Positions 56,080 through 64,000 of a stretch of 64,000 bases of DNA are shown piece after piece. Numbering within the stretch: the stretch's first letter is position 1; each line of letters begins with the position of its first letter. Below the pieces are notes generated by a model. The model searched no databases, was not told where the DNA came from, and was given only the letters and a program-made list of their open reading frames with translations. Origin of the DNA: an uncultured Sphingobacteriaceae bacterium. Its GTDB lineage: Bacteria > Bacteroidota > Bacteroidia > Sphingobacteriales > Sphingobacteriaceae. The DNA lies in the NCBI GenBank assembly GCA_964444885.1, contig CAYUIZ010000001.1, positions 27,181 to 91,180 on the forward strand. Reading direction: 5' to 3'. The translations under genes and the position numbers were made by a program.

Positions 56080-58320
56080 ATGATGAGACTTCATTTGTTT
56101 GTGTCGCTTGTGCTGATCGTGCTGGTCAGCGCCTGTTCGGACCGTTCAGGGCCTATCCAACAACAACATTATGCGGACACCGTATTTTCGCAGGATTACA
56201 GCGTTAAATATTATGCCGAGGGCGACTTGGCCGCCTTGAAAAAAGCGTATGTTAACCAAGAGGGGAAAGTACAGATTCTGGATGCCAATGGCTTGCGCCA
56301 CCTGCACGACGGGCGCTTCCTCTACCCCGGCAAGGTCGTGGAAGACCGCACCTACCGGTTTATGGCGGCCAAGGACATTGTTGATATGCTGTCTGCCCAA
56401 GGGCAGTTTGTCTATCTGGATGCCAAGGCCATCTTTAGTAACGCATGGTCTGGCCGGTTGTATGCAACACATAAGCTGGAAGCGCCTACAGGATTTGCTG
56501 CAAATGGCCAACTTGACTTTTTGGTCACGGATGGTAAGCGCTTGCATTTTATCCAAGGCGAGGACGTCGTATGGGAAGGGACGATTGCCAGCGGCGAAGT
56601 GAAACAGGTATTGAGCCATCCGGCCGATGATGCGCTGTTTTACGTGCTCACCGATGAGTCGATCCACCGCTTTTCGGCCACAAATAAGCAGCTGGAGCCG
56701 CTCTATGCGGGGGAATCGCTGACGGCGGCCGATGTCGATGCGACTAGCGGGGAGCTGATTGTCGGTACGTCCGACGGCTATTTCCGATTGGGCTTAGCGC
56801 AAGGGGATGTCATTGGCGATATGCATCGGAAACTGCCTTGGACGGAAATCACCGCGGTGAAGGTCGTGGGTGATAATTATTGGTTTGGCACGTCCCGAGG
56901 GGCTTTTGTCGTCAAAGCAACGGGAGAAGTCGACTATTATGCCAGCGAGCGCTGGCTACCCAGCGACCAGGTCGTGCATCTGGCGCCCGGACGGGAGGGG
57001 TCGATGCTCGTGCTGACGACTGCTGGGCTCGGCGAGATTTGCTTCAAGCCGATGAGCCTGTACGATAAGGCCATGTACTATGAGCAACAAGTGCGCGACC
57101 GACATATCCGGAACGGGTTTAATTCAACCTTGTCAGGGTTGGTAAATGGCGACCTGAGCACGGGCTTTTTGTCGGATTCGGACAATGATGGGCTCTGGAC
57201 GTCCCTCTACCTGGCCGCACAGGCGTTTCGTTATGCAACAACCGGCGAGGAGCAGGCGCTGGACCATTGCATCGAATCGCTGGACGCCATGGCCCGGTTG
57301 TTCGATATCCATCACGTGCCGGGATTTCCAGCGCGCTCCTACGAGCGCCGGGGCGAAGGCGATACCCGAAACCAGCTTTCCGACCCTGAACGCTGGCAAC
57401 TGGCCGACCACCCGGATTGGTATTGGAAAGCGACTACCAGCAGCGACGAAGCCATTGGGCATATTTTTGCCTTCGGCGTCGTGGCCGAGCTGGTGGAACA
57501 CGAGGCGACACGCCAAAAAGCCATCCAACTCATCGATACGCTGATGGGACATATTGTCAAAAACGACTTGTACTTAGTGGATTATGATGGTCAGCCAACG
57601 ACGTGGGGCCGCTGGAATCCGGAATATGTGAACGGCTTCCCCACCTCCGTAGGGGACCGGAAGCTAAACTCGTCCAACATCATCGGTATGCTGCAAACTG
57701 CCTATCACTTTACGGGCAAGGAAATCTACAAGGAAACGGCGTTCGACCTGATGGACAACCATGGCTACTTGGAGAACCTGATGCGTCCGATGAGTGAGAT
57801 TGGCAAAGCACCCGATGGTTCCGACGACTGGAGCCAGATGTTGTCGAGCGCTTGGAACCACTCCGATGATGAGATGTATTTTGCAGGCTATTGGGGCCTG
57901 TACCGCTACGCGTTCAACGATACGCTGCAGGCGCAATTCAAAGAGTCGATACTGGACCATTGGGAAGCCGAGCGCCCCGAAAAGGAGGGAGCATGGAACA
58001 TTTTTACCGCTATTACCGGCGCAGCCGAATTTGACATGGACGAAGCGGCGTGGTACCTGCGCGAATATCCACTCGACCTGATCCAGTGGCGTATTCAAAA
58101 CAGCCATCGCAAGGACATCGTTCCGATGGCGCCAAACTTCAGGACGCAAACCATCGAAGAAGTCCTCCCGCCCGACGAACTGCGAATTACCCGCCACAAT
58201 GCCAATCGTTTCTCGCTCGACGGCGGCAATAATTCGGCGGAAAACAGTGCCGGCGACATCTGGCTGTTTCCCTACTGGATGGGCCGATATTTACAGGTAA
58301 TTGGTCCGCCACAGGAATAG
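56080..58320 (+). CDS. Hypothetical 746-aa lipoprotein. The N-terminal half has propeller-like repeats; the C-terminal half is helical and may be an alpha/alpha-toroid
   Basis: Lipobox LVSAC. Repeats of the form VGTSDGYFRL / WFGTSRGAFVV. The C-terminal half is rich in W/Y/D helices (DNDGLWTSLYLAAQAFRY, TSSDEAIGH). No family recognised. Confidence 0.5.
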   Translation: MMRLHLFVSLVLIVLVSACSDRSGPIQQQHYADTVFSQDYSVKYYAEGDLAALKKAYVNQEGKVQILDANGLRHLHDGRFLYPGKVVEDRTYRFMAAKDIVDMLSAQGQFVYLDAKAIFSNAWSGRLYATHKLEAPTGFAANGQLDFLVTDGKRLHFIQGEDVVWEGTIASGEVKQVLSHPADDALFYVLTDESIHRFSATNKQLEPLYAGESLTAADVDATSGELIVGTSDGYFRLGLAQGDVIGDMHRKLPWTEITAVKVVGDNYWFGTSRGAFVVKATGEVDYYASERWLPSDQVVHLAPGREGSMLVLTTAGLGEICFKPMSLYDKAMYYEQQVRDRHIRNGFNSTLSGLVNGDLSTGFLSDSDNDGLWTSLYLAAQAFRYATTGEEQALDHCIESLDAMARLFDIHHVPGFPARSYERRGEGDTRNQLSDPERWQLADHPDWYWKATTSSDEAIGHIFAFGVVAELVEHEATRQKAIQLIDTLMGHIVKNDLYLVDYDGQPTTWGRWNPEYVNGFPTSVGDRKLNSSNIIGMLQTAYHFTGKEIYKETAFDLMDNHGYLENLMRPMSEIGKAPDGSDDWSQMLSSAWNHSDDEMYFAGYWGLYRYAFNDTLQAQFKESILDHWEAERPEKEGAWNIFTAITGAAEFDMDEAAWYLREYPLDLIQWRIQNSHRKDIVPMAPNFRTQTIEEVLPPDELRITRHNANRFSLDGGNNSAENSAGDIWLFPYWMGRYLQVIGPPQE

Positions 58321-58383
58321 GAACGGTCGGGTAGCGGGTAACGCAAAAACGTCGTGTCCAGCGCGACTCGCACGAGCCACAAG

Positions 58384-58414
58384 CCCCGGATTGTCAATGC
58401 AATCCGGGGTTTTT
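58384..58414 (+). terminator. Rho-independent terminator after the 746-aa gene
   Basis: ccccggattg / tcaatg / caatccgggg forms a 10-bp perfect stem, followed by ttttt. Confidence 0.75.
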
Positions 58415-58608
58415 ATTTGATCGGGCTGCAGGATGATAATATCGTCAATTTAAATGCTAATATCGTATAAATAATCACCCCGGTTATCCAGTAACTTTGG
58501 ATAACCAATAGCAAACCTGGGTAAATAAATTATAAACCAAGACGTGCGTCGCAAGACGATCAACCGCCCAGGAAGCAAGGAAACGAACCCAAATACATTG
58601 TTATAACG

Positions 58609-59703
58609 TTGCTTCGAATGAGTCGGGTAGACAATCACAAACGATTAGTATCACTGGATGCTTTCCGGGGATTTACCATTGCTGCCATGATTTTGGTCAA
58701 TACGCCAGGTTCATGGGACACGGTGTACCCGCCGCTGTTGCATGCGGAGTGGCACGGGGTGACGCCGACGGATTATATCTTCCCGTTTTTTATCTTCATC
58801 GTCGGGGTTTCCATTACCCTTTCCTTTAGCAAACTACGGGCAGCCGGAAAATCCAAGGCTGCCTTGGGCTGGAAAACGCTCAAGCGCGCCGCAATCATTT
58901 TCGGATTGGGGCTCTTCCTCTGGCTGTTTCCCACGTTTGATTTTTCCGAACTGCGTATACCGGGTGTGTTGCAACGCATCGCGCTGGTGTTCCTGGCTTG
59001 CGCCTTGCTATACCTGCACACCACGTGGCGGCAACAGGCCATCATTGCCACGGCCATTCTCGTGCTCTACTGGGCTGCCATGAAGCTGGTGCCGGTGCCG
59101 GGTGTGGGCACGGGCCTCCTGGAGCCGGGACAAAACCTGGCAGCCTGGATCGACAGCCAGTTGGTTCCGGGCAAGATGTGGCAAGGAACCTGGGATCCGG
59201 AGGGTATACTGAGCACGTTTCCCGCCATCGTCACTGGAATTTTGGGGATGCTGGCCGGTCGCCTTCTGGGCACTGGCCGCATTTCCGAAGAGCGACGCAT
59301 CTTGTGGCTTTTTTTAGGGGGGGTCGTCCTATTCGCGGTGGGAGCAATGTGGGGCTGGGTGTTTCCCATCAATAAGAATCTGTGGACGAGCTCCTACGTG
59401 CTGTACACCGGCGGGCTGGCAGCCCTCGCCTTGGCCTCCGCTTATTTTGTCATCGAGATATTGGGCCATGCGAAATGGGCCAAGGTTGGGGTCATCTTCG
59501 GTTCCAATGCCATCACGGCTTATGTACTCGGCAGCATACTGCCCAGTCTCTTGCCTTCGGCCAACCAGTGGTACGTCTCTACATTCATCGAAGGATCGCG
59601 TATGCCCGAGCTCATGTCATTGCTTTGGGCGATCGGCATCTGCGTGCTTTGTTACATCCCCATTTACGTCTTGTACCGAAAACGAATCTTTATAAAAATT
59701 TAA
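58609..59703 (+). CDS. Heparan-alpha-glucosaminide N-acetyltransferase-like (DUF5009/DUF1624) integral membrane acyltransferase
   Basis: N-terminus RLVSLDAFRGFTIAAMILVN is typical of the family. About 10 TM helices. Confidence 0.7.
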   Translation: MLRMSRVDNHKRLVSLDAFRGFTIAAMILVNTPGSWDTVYPPLLHAEWHGVTPTDYIFPFFIFIVGVSITLSFSKLRAAGKSKAALGWKTLKRAAIIFGLGLFLWLFPTFDFSELRIPGVLQRIALVFLACALLYLHTTWRQQAIIATAILVLYWAAMKLVPVPGVGTGLLEPGQNLAAWIDSQLVPGKMWQGTWDPEGILSTFPAIVTGILGMLAGRLLGTGRISEERRILWLFLGGVVLFAVGAMWGWVFPINKNLWTSSYVLYTGGLAALALASAYFVIEILGHAKWAKVGVIFGSNAITAYVLGSILPSLLPSANQWYVSTFIEGSRMPELMSLLWAIGICVLCYIPIYVLYRKRIFIKI

Positions 59704-59718
59704 CGCTACTTACATACC

Positions 59719-60804
59719 ATGCACCTAACTTTACCATTCAACCCAATCAACTGTAACCGAGCCGTGGCCCTGTTTATACTCGTTTTTACGTTTTTTTCGT
59801 TTGTCCGATGCGGTTCTCCGGAAACGGTCGACAATACCCTTCCGGTCATTACACAACGCTCGTTCGTCTTCGGCGATAATCGTCCATTCCCGCAGTGCCA
59901 TGCATCGACGCTGGTGAGGCTTGACAATGGTCATTTTCTGGTCGCATCGTTTGGGGGTACCCGCGAAAAGGACGACGACGTAGGCATCTGGCTTTCCAAA
60001 GGCGATGGAGCGACGTGGACCGCGCCGGTGGAAGTAGCGAAAATCCGGAACGATCCGCACTGGAACCCCGTATTGTTCCAAGCACCCTCTGGCCAAGTCA
60101 TCCTTTATTTCAAGGTTGGAAAGACCATTCCCAAGTGGGAAACCTGGGTGATGACATCCGACGACAACGGCGAAACGTGGTCTGAAGCGTACGAATTGGT
60201 AGCTGGCGACCACGGCGGCAGGGGTCCGGTGCGCAATAAGCCCATCATCCTTTCTGATGGAACGTGGCTCGCTGGCGCGTCGCACGAGGAAGGGCAATGG
60301 GATGTGTTCATCGACCGAAGCGAGGATGGGGGAAACACCTGGCAACAAACCGAATACCTGGAAGTCGACCGTGAAGAATTGACCGGCGAAGGCATCATCC
60401 AGCCTACCTTATGGGAATCCGAACCCGGCAAGGTACACATGCTGGTCCGAAGCAGTGCTGGCGCGATTTACCGCAGCGATTCCGAAGATTATGGCAAAAC
60501 ATGGTCGCCCGCCTACCGCACCGACCTGCCCAACCCCAATACCGGGATTGATCTGGTCAAGCTGGAAGACGGCACACTCGCCCTGCTGTATAATCCGGAT
60601 GGAAAAAACTGGGGGTCGCGGGGTACGCTCTTACTGGCATTTTCGTATGACAACGGAAAGACTTGGCCCGAAGAGATTGAGATTGATAAGGACGGCGAGG
60701 AAAGCGAGTTTTCCTACCCAGCGATTATTCAGTGGGACGGACATATCGGCTTGACATACACGTGGGAGCGGTCGGATATCGCGTTTGTGACGCTCGAACT
60801 ATAA
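59719..60804 (+). CDS. Sialidase-fold BNR/Asp-box beta-propeller protein, paralogue of 54851..56053
   Basis: Asp-boxes SKGDGATW, SDDNGETW, SEDGGNTW, SEDYGKTW, SYDNGKTW. N-terminal HASTLVRLDNGH. Shares PHWNPVLF with the paralogue's CNPVLF. Confidence 0.8.
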   Translation: MHLTLPFNPINCNRAVALFILVFTFFSFVRCGSPETVDNTLPVITQRSFVFGDNRPFPQCHASTLVRLDNGHFLVASFGGTREKDDDVGIWLSKGDGATWTAPVEVAKIRNDPHWNPVLFQAPSGQVILYFKVGKTIPKWETWVMTSDDNGETWSEAYELVAGDHGGRGPVRNKPIILSDGTWLAGASHEEGQWDVFIDRSEDGGNTWQQTEYLEVDREELTGEGIIQPTLWESEPGKVHMLVRSSAGAIYRSDSEDYGKTWSPAYRTDLPNPNTGIDLVKLEDGTLALLYNPDGKNWGSRGTLLLAFSYDNGKTWPEEIEIDKDGEESEFSYPAIIQWDGHIGLTYTWERSDIAFVTLEL

Positions 60805-60869
60805 TACATGAAGAATTCATATCAACCTTAACGAAAACATGACAATCGTAAACCTAAAAACACTGTACT

Positions 60870-63800
60870 ATGAAAATGACATTAACGAGTAACCGAAAAT
60901 GGATGCTGATGCTGTTGGCTCTGGTAGCATACAGCGTGGTTCCGTTCTTGGCCCAGGCGCAGTCTGGGCAACGACAGGTCTCCGGGCAAGTGCGCTCGGC
61001 CGCCGACGGGACACCCATCTCGGGTGCCAGTGTCAGCGTCAGGGGAACCAACGTGGCAACGGCAACCAACGAAGAAGGACGATACAGCATCAATGTGCAG
61101 GGTGCAGACGCTGTATTGATATTTACGTTTTTGGGGCATGAAGCGTTAGGAGTGAGTGTAGGCCAGCGCACGAGCATCGACGTCACGCTGTCGCCGTCGC
61201 AGGAGATGATAAGCGAGGTCGTGGTGACCGCTTTGGGAATCGAACGCGAAACGAAATCGCTGGGATATAGTGTGGGCGTCGTAGGGGGAGAAGAGATGGT
61301 CAAAGTCGCCCAAGAAAATATTTTCGGCGGGCTCGCTGCCAAATTGCCCGGTGTGACATTAAGTGAGACAAGCGGACCAGGATCATCGGTCAGTATGATC
61401 ATTCGAGGAGCAAACTCCTTGACGACCGACAACCAACCTTTATTCGTCGTAGACGGTGTGCCGCTCTCCAGCGGGTTGAATAACCAGCGACAGATGGGCG
61501 ACCGTAATATTGTGGATTACGGAAACGCGATATCGGACATCAACCCCGACGACATTGAGAGTATATCCGTATTGAAGGGGCCCAGTGCAGCGGCATTGTA
61601 TGGGTCGCGTGCGGGTAACGGCGTAGTGCTGATTACCACAAAATCTGGGAGTACAGGTGAACGGGCAACCGTCAGCTTCTCGACAAGCAACGTATTCGAA
61701 ACACCTGTAAAGTTTTTAGACTTCCATTACATGTATTCCTCCGGAAACCGCGGGAACTTCCTGGACGAGAGCTCGGGGTATTGGACCGGGCTTCCCCTGG
61801 ATAGGGGCGTTACGGCCGTGCAGTGGAACAGCCCCCTGGATGCGAATGGCAGCCCCATAGCGACCGAACTGCGTTCCTATGAGGATAACATGAAAAATTT
61901 CCTGCGAACTGGTTTAACCTCCACAAACAACCTCTCATTAAGTGGTGGAAGCGCACGGGGCAACTATCGTTTGTCATACAACAACATGACACATGAGGGC
62001 ATGATCCCCAACTCGAACCTCCAACGCAATGCATTGTCCGCCGTATTGGCGTATGACATTAACGAAAGCTTAAAACTAAGTACGAATATCAACTTATCCC
62101 GTTCCAACTCGGACAACCGCCCGGCAACGGCAAACCGTACCGCCAATCCTTTGGAATGGGTGATGGCGTATCCCCATGTCAATGTGCTGGAACTCAAGGA
62201 CTACTGGATGGATGGGCAGGAAAATATCCGTCAACGAAGTGTTTTCCCGGGAGCAGATAACCCCTACTTCTTGGCAAACGAGCTCAACAACGGATTCACA
62301 CGTGATCGTGCTTATGGCAATATCAAATTGGATTGGAATATTGCGCCAAATTGGTCCGCATTCGGGCGGGTATCCGTAGACATGTCCCACGAAAACCGGG
62401 AAACCAAAGTGCCCCATAGCTACTCACGGGCGGCACAAGGCGGATATTACCTCCAAGGGCTAGCGAACAACGAGTTGAACTCCGATGTGTTGCTCACCTA
62501 CAAGAATACGTTTGGTGATTTCGATCTCAGCGCATCCGGCGGAGGTAACTACATGAGGCAAGCCTATCGTGATTCGTATATGGGCGGTAGTGCGTTGACC
62601 ATTCCGGGGCTTTACCGCATCGGCAACGTACCAACCAATATGCTCCAATATTCGAATGGCACGTCTGACCGGGCTATCTACAGTCTTTATGCCTTGGCCT
62701 CCTTTGGATATAAAGGCATGTTGTATCTGGATTTGACCGCACGAAACGACTGGGCGAGTTCCCTGCCGGTCACCGACCAATCGTTTTTCTACCCGTCCGC
62801 ATCCATGAGCTGGTTGATCAACGAAACATTCTCCATGCCTACCACCGTGTCATTATTCAAGCTGAGAGCTGGTTGGGCGCAAGTCGGTAACGCGCCAGGA
62901 GCCTACCAGATCCATCAGATGCTGGGGACGGGGCAATACGGTTCGCTGATTACTTCTAGTGTGCCAGGTGGACTCAGGAACCCAATGCTGAAGCCTGAGA
63001 TTGCGGAATCAACCGAATTTGGAATCGACCTAAACCTTTTTAAAAACCGACTACGTTTTGAGGGAACATACTACAACGTGGGTAACCGAAACCAGCAATT
63101 GCCAATACCCCTTCCGGAGTCATCGGGATTTGCCAGTACGTTTGTGAATGCCGGATTGATCGTCAGTAAAGGATGGGAGTTTGCGATAGGGGGGACCCCA
63201 GTCCAAACGTCTGATTGGACATGGGACATCTCCGCAAACTTCTACCAAAACCGCACCACCGTCGAGAAGTTGACGGAAGGCTTCAGCGTATTGACACTTT
63301 GGAGTGACAACGGAGGTGGTTCGTTTGCCAGGGAAGGGGAACGCTTGGGCAACCTATACAGCCGAGGGTTTGCTTATGTAAACGATCCGTCGTCCGACTA
63401 TCATCGGTGGCCGATTTTGAACACGCAGGGCAAGTGGATCGAAAATGGTGATCCTGATGCACGGGTGCACGTCGGTAATTATAACCCCGATTTTCAAATA
63501 GGTATGCAGACTACCTTGCAGTATAAGCGCTTTTCATTAAGTGCGAGCTTTGATTGGCGTCACGGCGGGGAATTTATGTCCTTTACCTACCGCTACGGAG
63601 GCTCAAACTGGCAGTCGGCAAGACAGATGCGAGAGCTAATCCCGGGGGGATTATATGACGAGCGAGACTTGATCGATTTACTTAAGTCCGATCCGGAGCG
63701 TTACATTATCCCTAAAAACGGCCATTTCCCGCGGGTGGGCGGCTACGAACAAGCGACAGGTGGATACTGGAACGACAACTTCGGTACGGCCAATGAAGCC

Positions 63801-64000
63801 TACGACGGAGTGTTTATTCCCGGAGTGATAGCCAACGCCGACGGTACGTATACGGAGCACCTCGGTGGCGACGGAACGGTCATTTATCCTGCTTCACGGC
63901 AGTACGCATGGGGTTTTAACCAAGCGGTTACGTTCGACGCTTCATTTATCAAACTTCGTGAGGTGACAATTGGCTACGATATCCCGAACCTGTGGAAGCT
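60870..64000 (+). CDS. SusC/RagA family TonB-linked outer-membrane protein, 5' part; continues beyond the window
   Basis: My own translation from ATG 60870: MKMTLTSNRKWMLMLLALVAYSVVPFLAQAQ, a CarboxypepD_reg segment (VSGQVRSAADGTPISGASVSVRGT..EEGRYSI), VVTALGIERETKSLGYS and the plug PLFVVDGVP...SISVLKGPSAAALYGSRAGNGVVLITTKSG. The same frame still reads KLREVTIGYDIPNLWK at 63951-63998. It is absent from the supplied ORF track, presumably because it has no stop inside the window. Confidence 0.9.
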   Translation, partial: MKMTLTSNRKWMLMLLALVAYSVVPFLAQAQSGQRQVSGQVRSAADGTPISGASVSVRGTNVATATNEEGRYSINVQGADAVLIFTFLGHEALGVSVGQRTSIDVTLSPSQEMISEVVVTALGIERETKSLGYSVGVVGGEEMVKVAQENIFGGLAAKLPGVTLSETSGPGSSVSMIIRGANSLTTDNQPLFVVDGVPLSSGLNNQRQMGDRNIVDYGNAISDINPDDIESISVLKGPSAAALYGSRAGNGVVLITTKSGSTGERATVSFSTSNVFETPVKFLDFHYMYSSGNRGNFLDESSGYWTGLPLDRGVTAVQWNSPLDANGSPIATELRSYEDNMKNFLRTGLTSTNNLSLSGGSARGNYRLSYNNMTHEGMIPNSNLQRNALSAVLAYDINESLKLSTNINLSRSNSDNRPATANRTANPLEWVMAYPHVNVLELKDYWMDGQENIRQRSVFPGADNPYFLANELNNGFTRDRAYGNIKLDWNIAPNWSAFGRVSVDMSHENRETKVPHSYSRAAQGGYYLQGLANNELNSDVLLTYKNTFGDFDLSASGGGNYMRQAYRDSYMGGSALTIPGLYRIGNVPTNMLQYSNGTSDRAIYSLYALASFGYKGMLYLDLTARNDWASSLPVTDQSFFYPSASMSWLINETFSMPTTVSLFKLRAGWAQVGNAPGAYQIHQMLGTGQYGSLITSSVPGGLRNPMLKPEIAESTEFGIDLNLFKNRLRFEGTYYNVGNRNQQLPIPLPESSGFASTFVNAGLIVSKGWEFAIGGTPVQTSDWTWDISANFYQNRTTVEKLTEGFSVLTLWSDNGGGSFAREGERLGNLYSRGFAYVNDPSSDYHRWPILNTQGKWIENGDPDARVHVGNYNPDFQIGMQTTLQYKRFSLSASFDWRHGGEFMSFTYRYGGSNWQSARQMRELIPGGLYDERDLIDLLKSDPERYIIPKNGHFPRVGGYEQATGGYWNDNFGTANEAYDGVFIPGVIANADGTYTEHLGGDGTVIYPASRQYAWGFNQAVTFDASFIKLREVTIGYDIPNLWK

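Noticed and set aside
1-64000. CRISPR arrays, IS elements, integrases, prophage or conjugative genes
   Set aside because: I found no regularly spaced direct repeats and no transposase-, integrase- or phage-like ORFs when reading the ORF track and the intergenic regions.

Overview
This is a chromosomal segment of a Bacteroidota-type genome. Supporting signs are a SusC/RagA gene, a TonB-receptor + DUF4374 pair, and many lipoprotein and twin-arginine signal peptides. G+C is roughly 50-55 % by eye. I saw no rRNA, CRISPR, transposase, integrase, phage or toxin-antitoxin genes. Gene order: 3' part of pyrD; two TPR proteins and gyrA (-); an MscS-type channel; type I pantothenate kinase, methylglyoxal synthase and a patatin-like lipase (-); purL; a ~590-bp gene-free gap ending in a ~270-bp island of about 15-23 % G+C in front of amtB and an OmpL-like porin; htpG; tRNA-His; a TylF-like methyltransferase; MgtC; a Xus-like TonB receptor/DUF4374 pair with a divergent AraC regulator; hrpB. 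Accessory block A (27.0-36.7 kb) follows: eight co-directional genes, mostly exported. They encode an FGE-like protein, two TAT Gfo/Idh/MocA oxidoreductases, ApbE, a TAT TIM-barrel protein, a NupG-type permease, a GMC flavoprotein and its small TAT subunit. Next come M28 and S9 peptidases. Accessory block B (40.7-64.0 kb) is an AraC regulator plus at least 15 co-directional genes: a FucI-like isomerase, AraB-type ribulokinase, Na+/solute symporter, YidR-like propeller, DapA-family aldolase, PqaA-like hydrolase, two purple-acid-type metallophosphoesterases, a GDPD phosphodiesterase, two sialidase-fold BNR proteins, an unknown 746-aa lipoprotein, an HGSNAT-like membrane acetyltransferase and a SusC gene that runs off the window. 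Main hypotheses, both inferred from domain content and gene order only: block B releases and catabolises a Kdo-type ulosonic acid from a phosphorylated glycoconjugate (aldolase -> D-arabinose -> D-ribulose -> D-ribulose-5-P). Block A is a periplasmic oxidative (3-keto) glycoside-cleavage system with an unexplained flavin transferase. All homology statements come from reading the translated ORFs and recalling family motifs; no database search was run.
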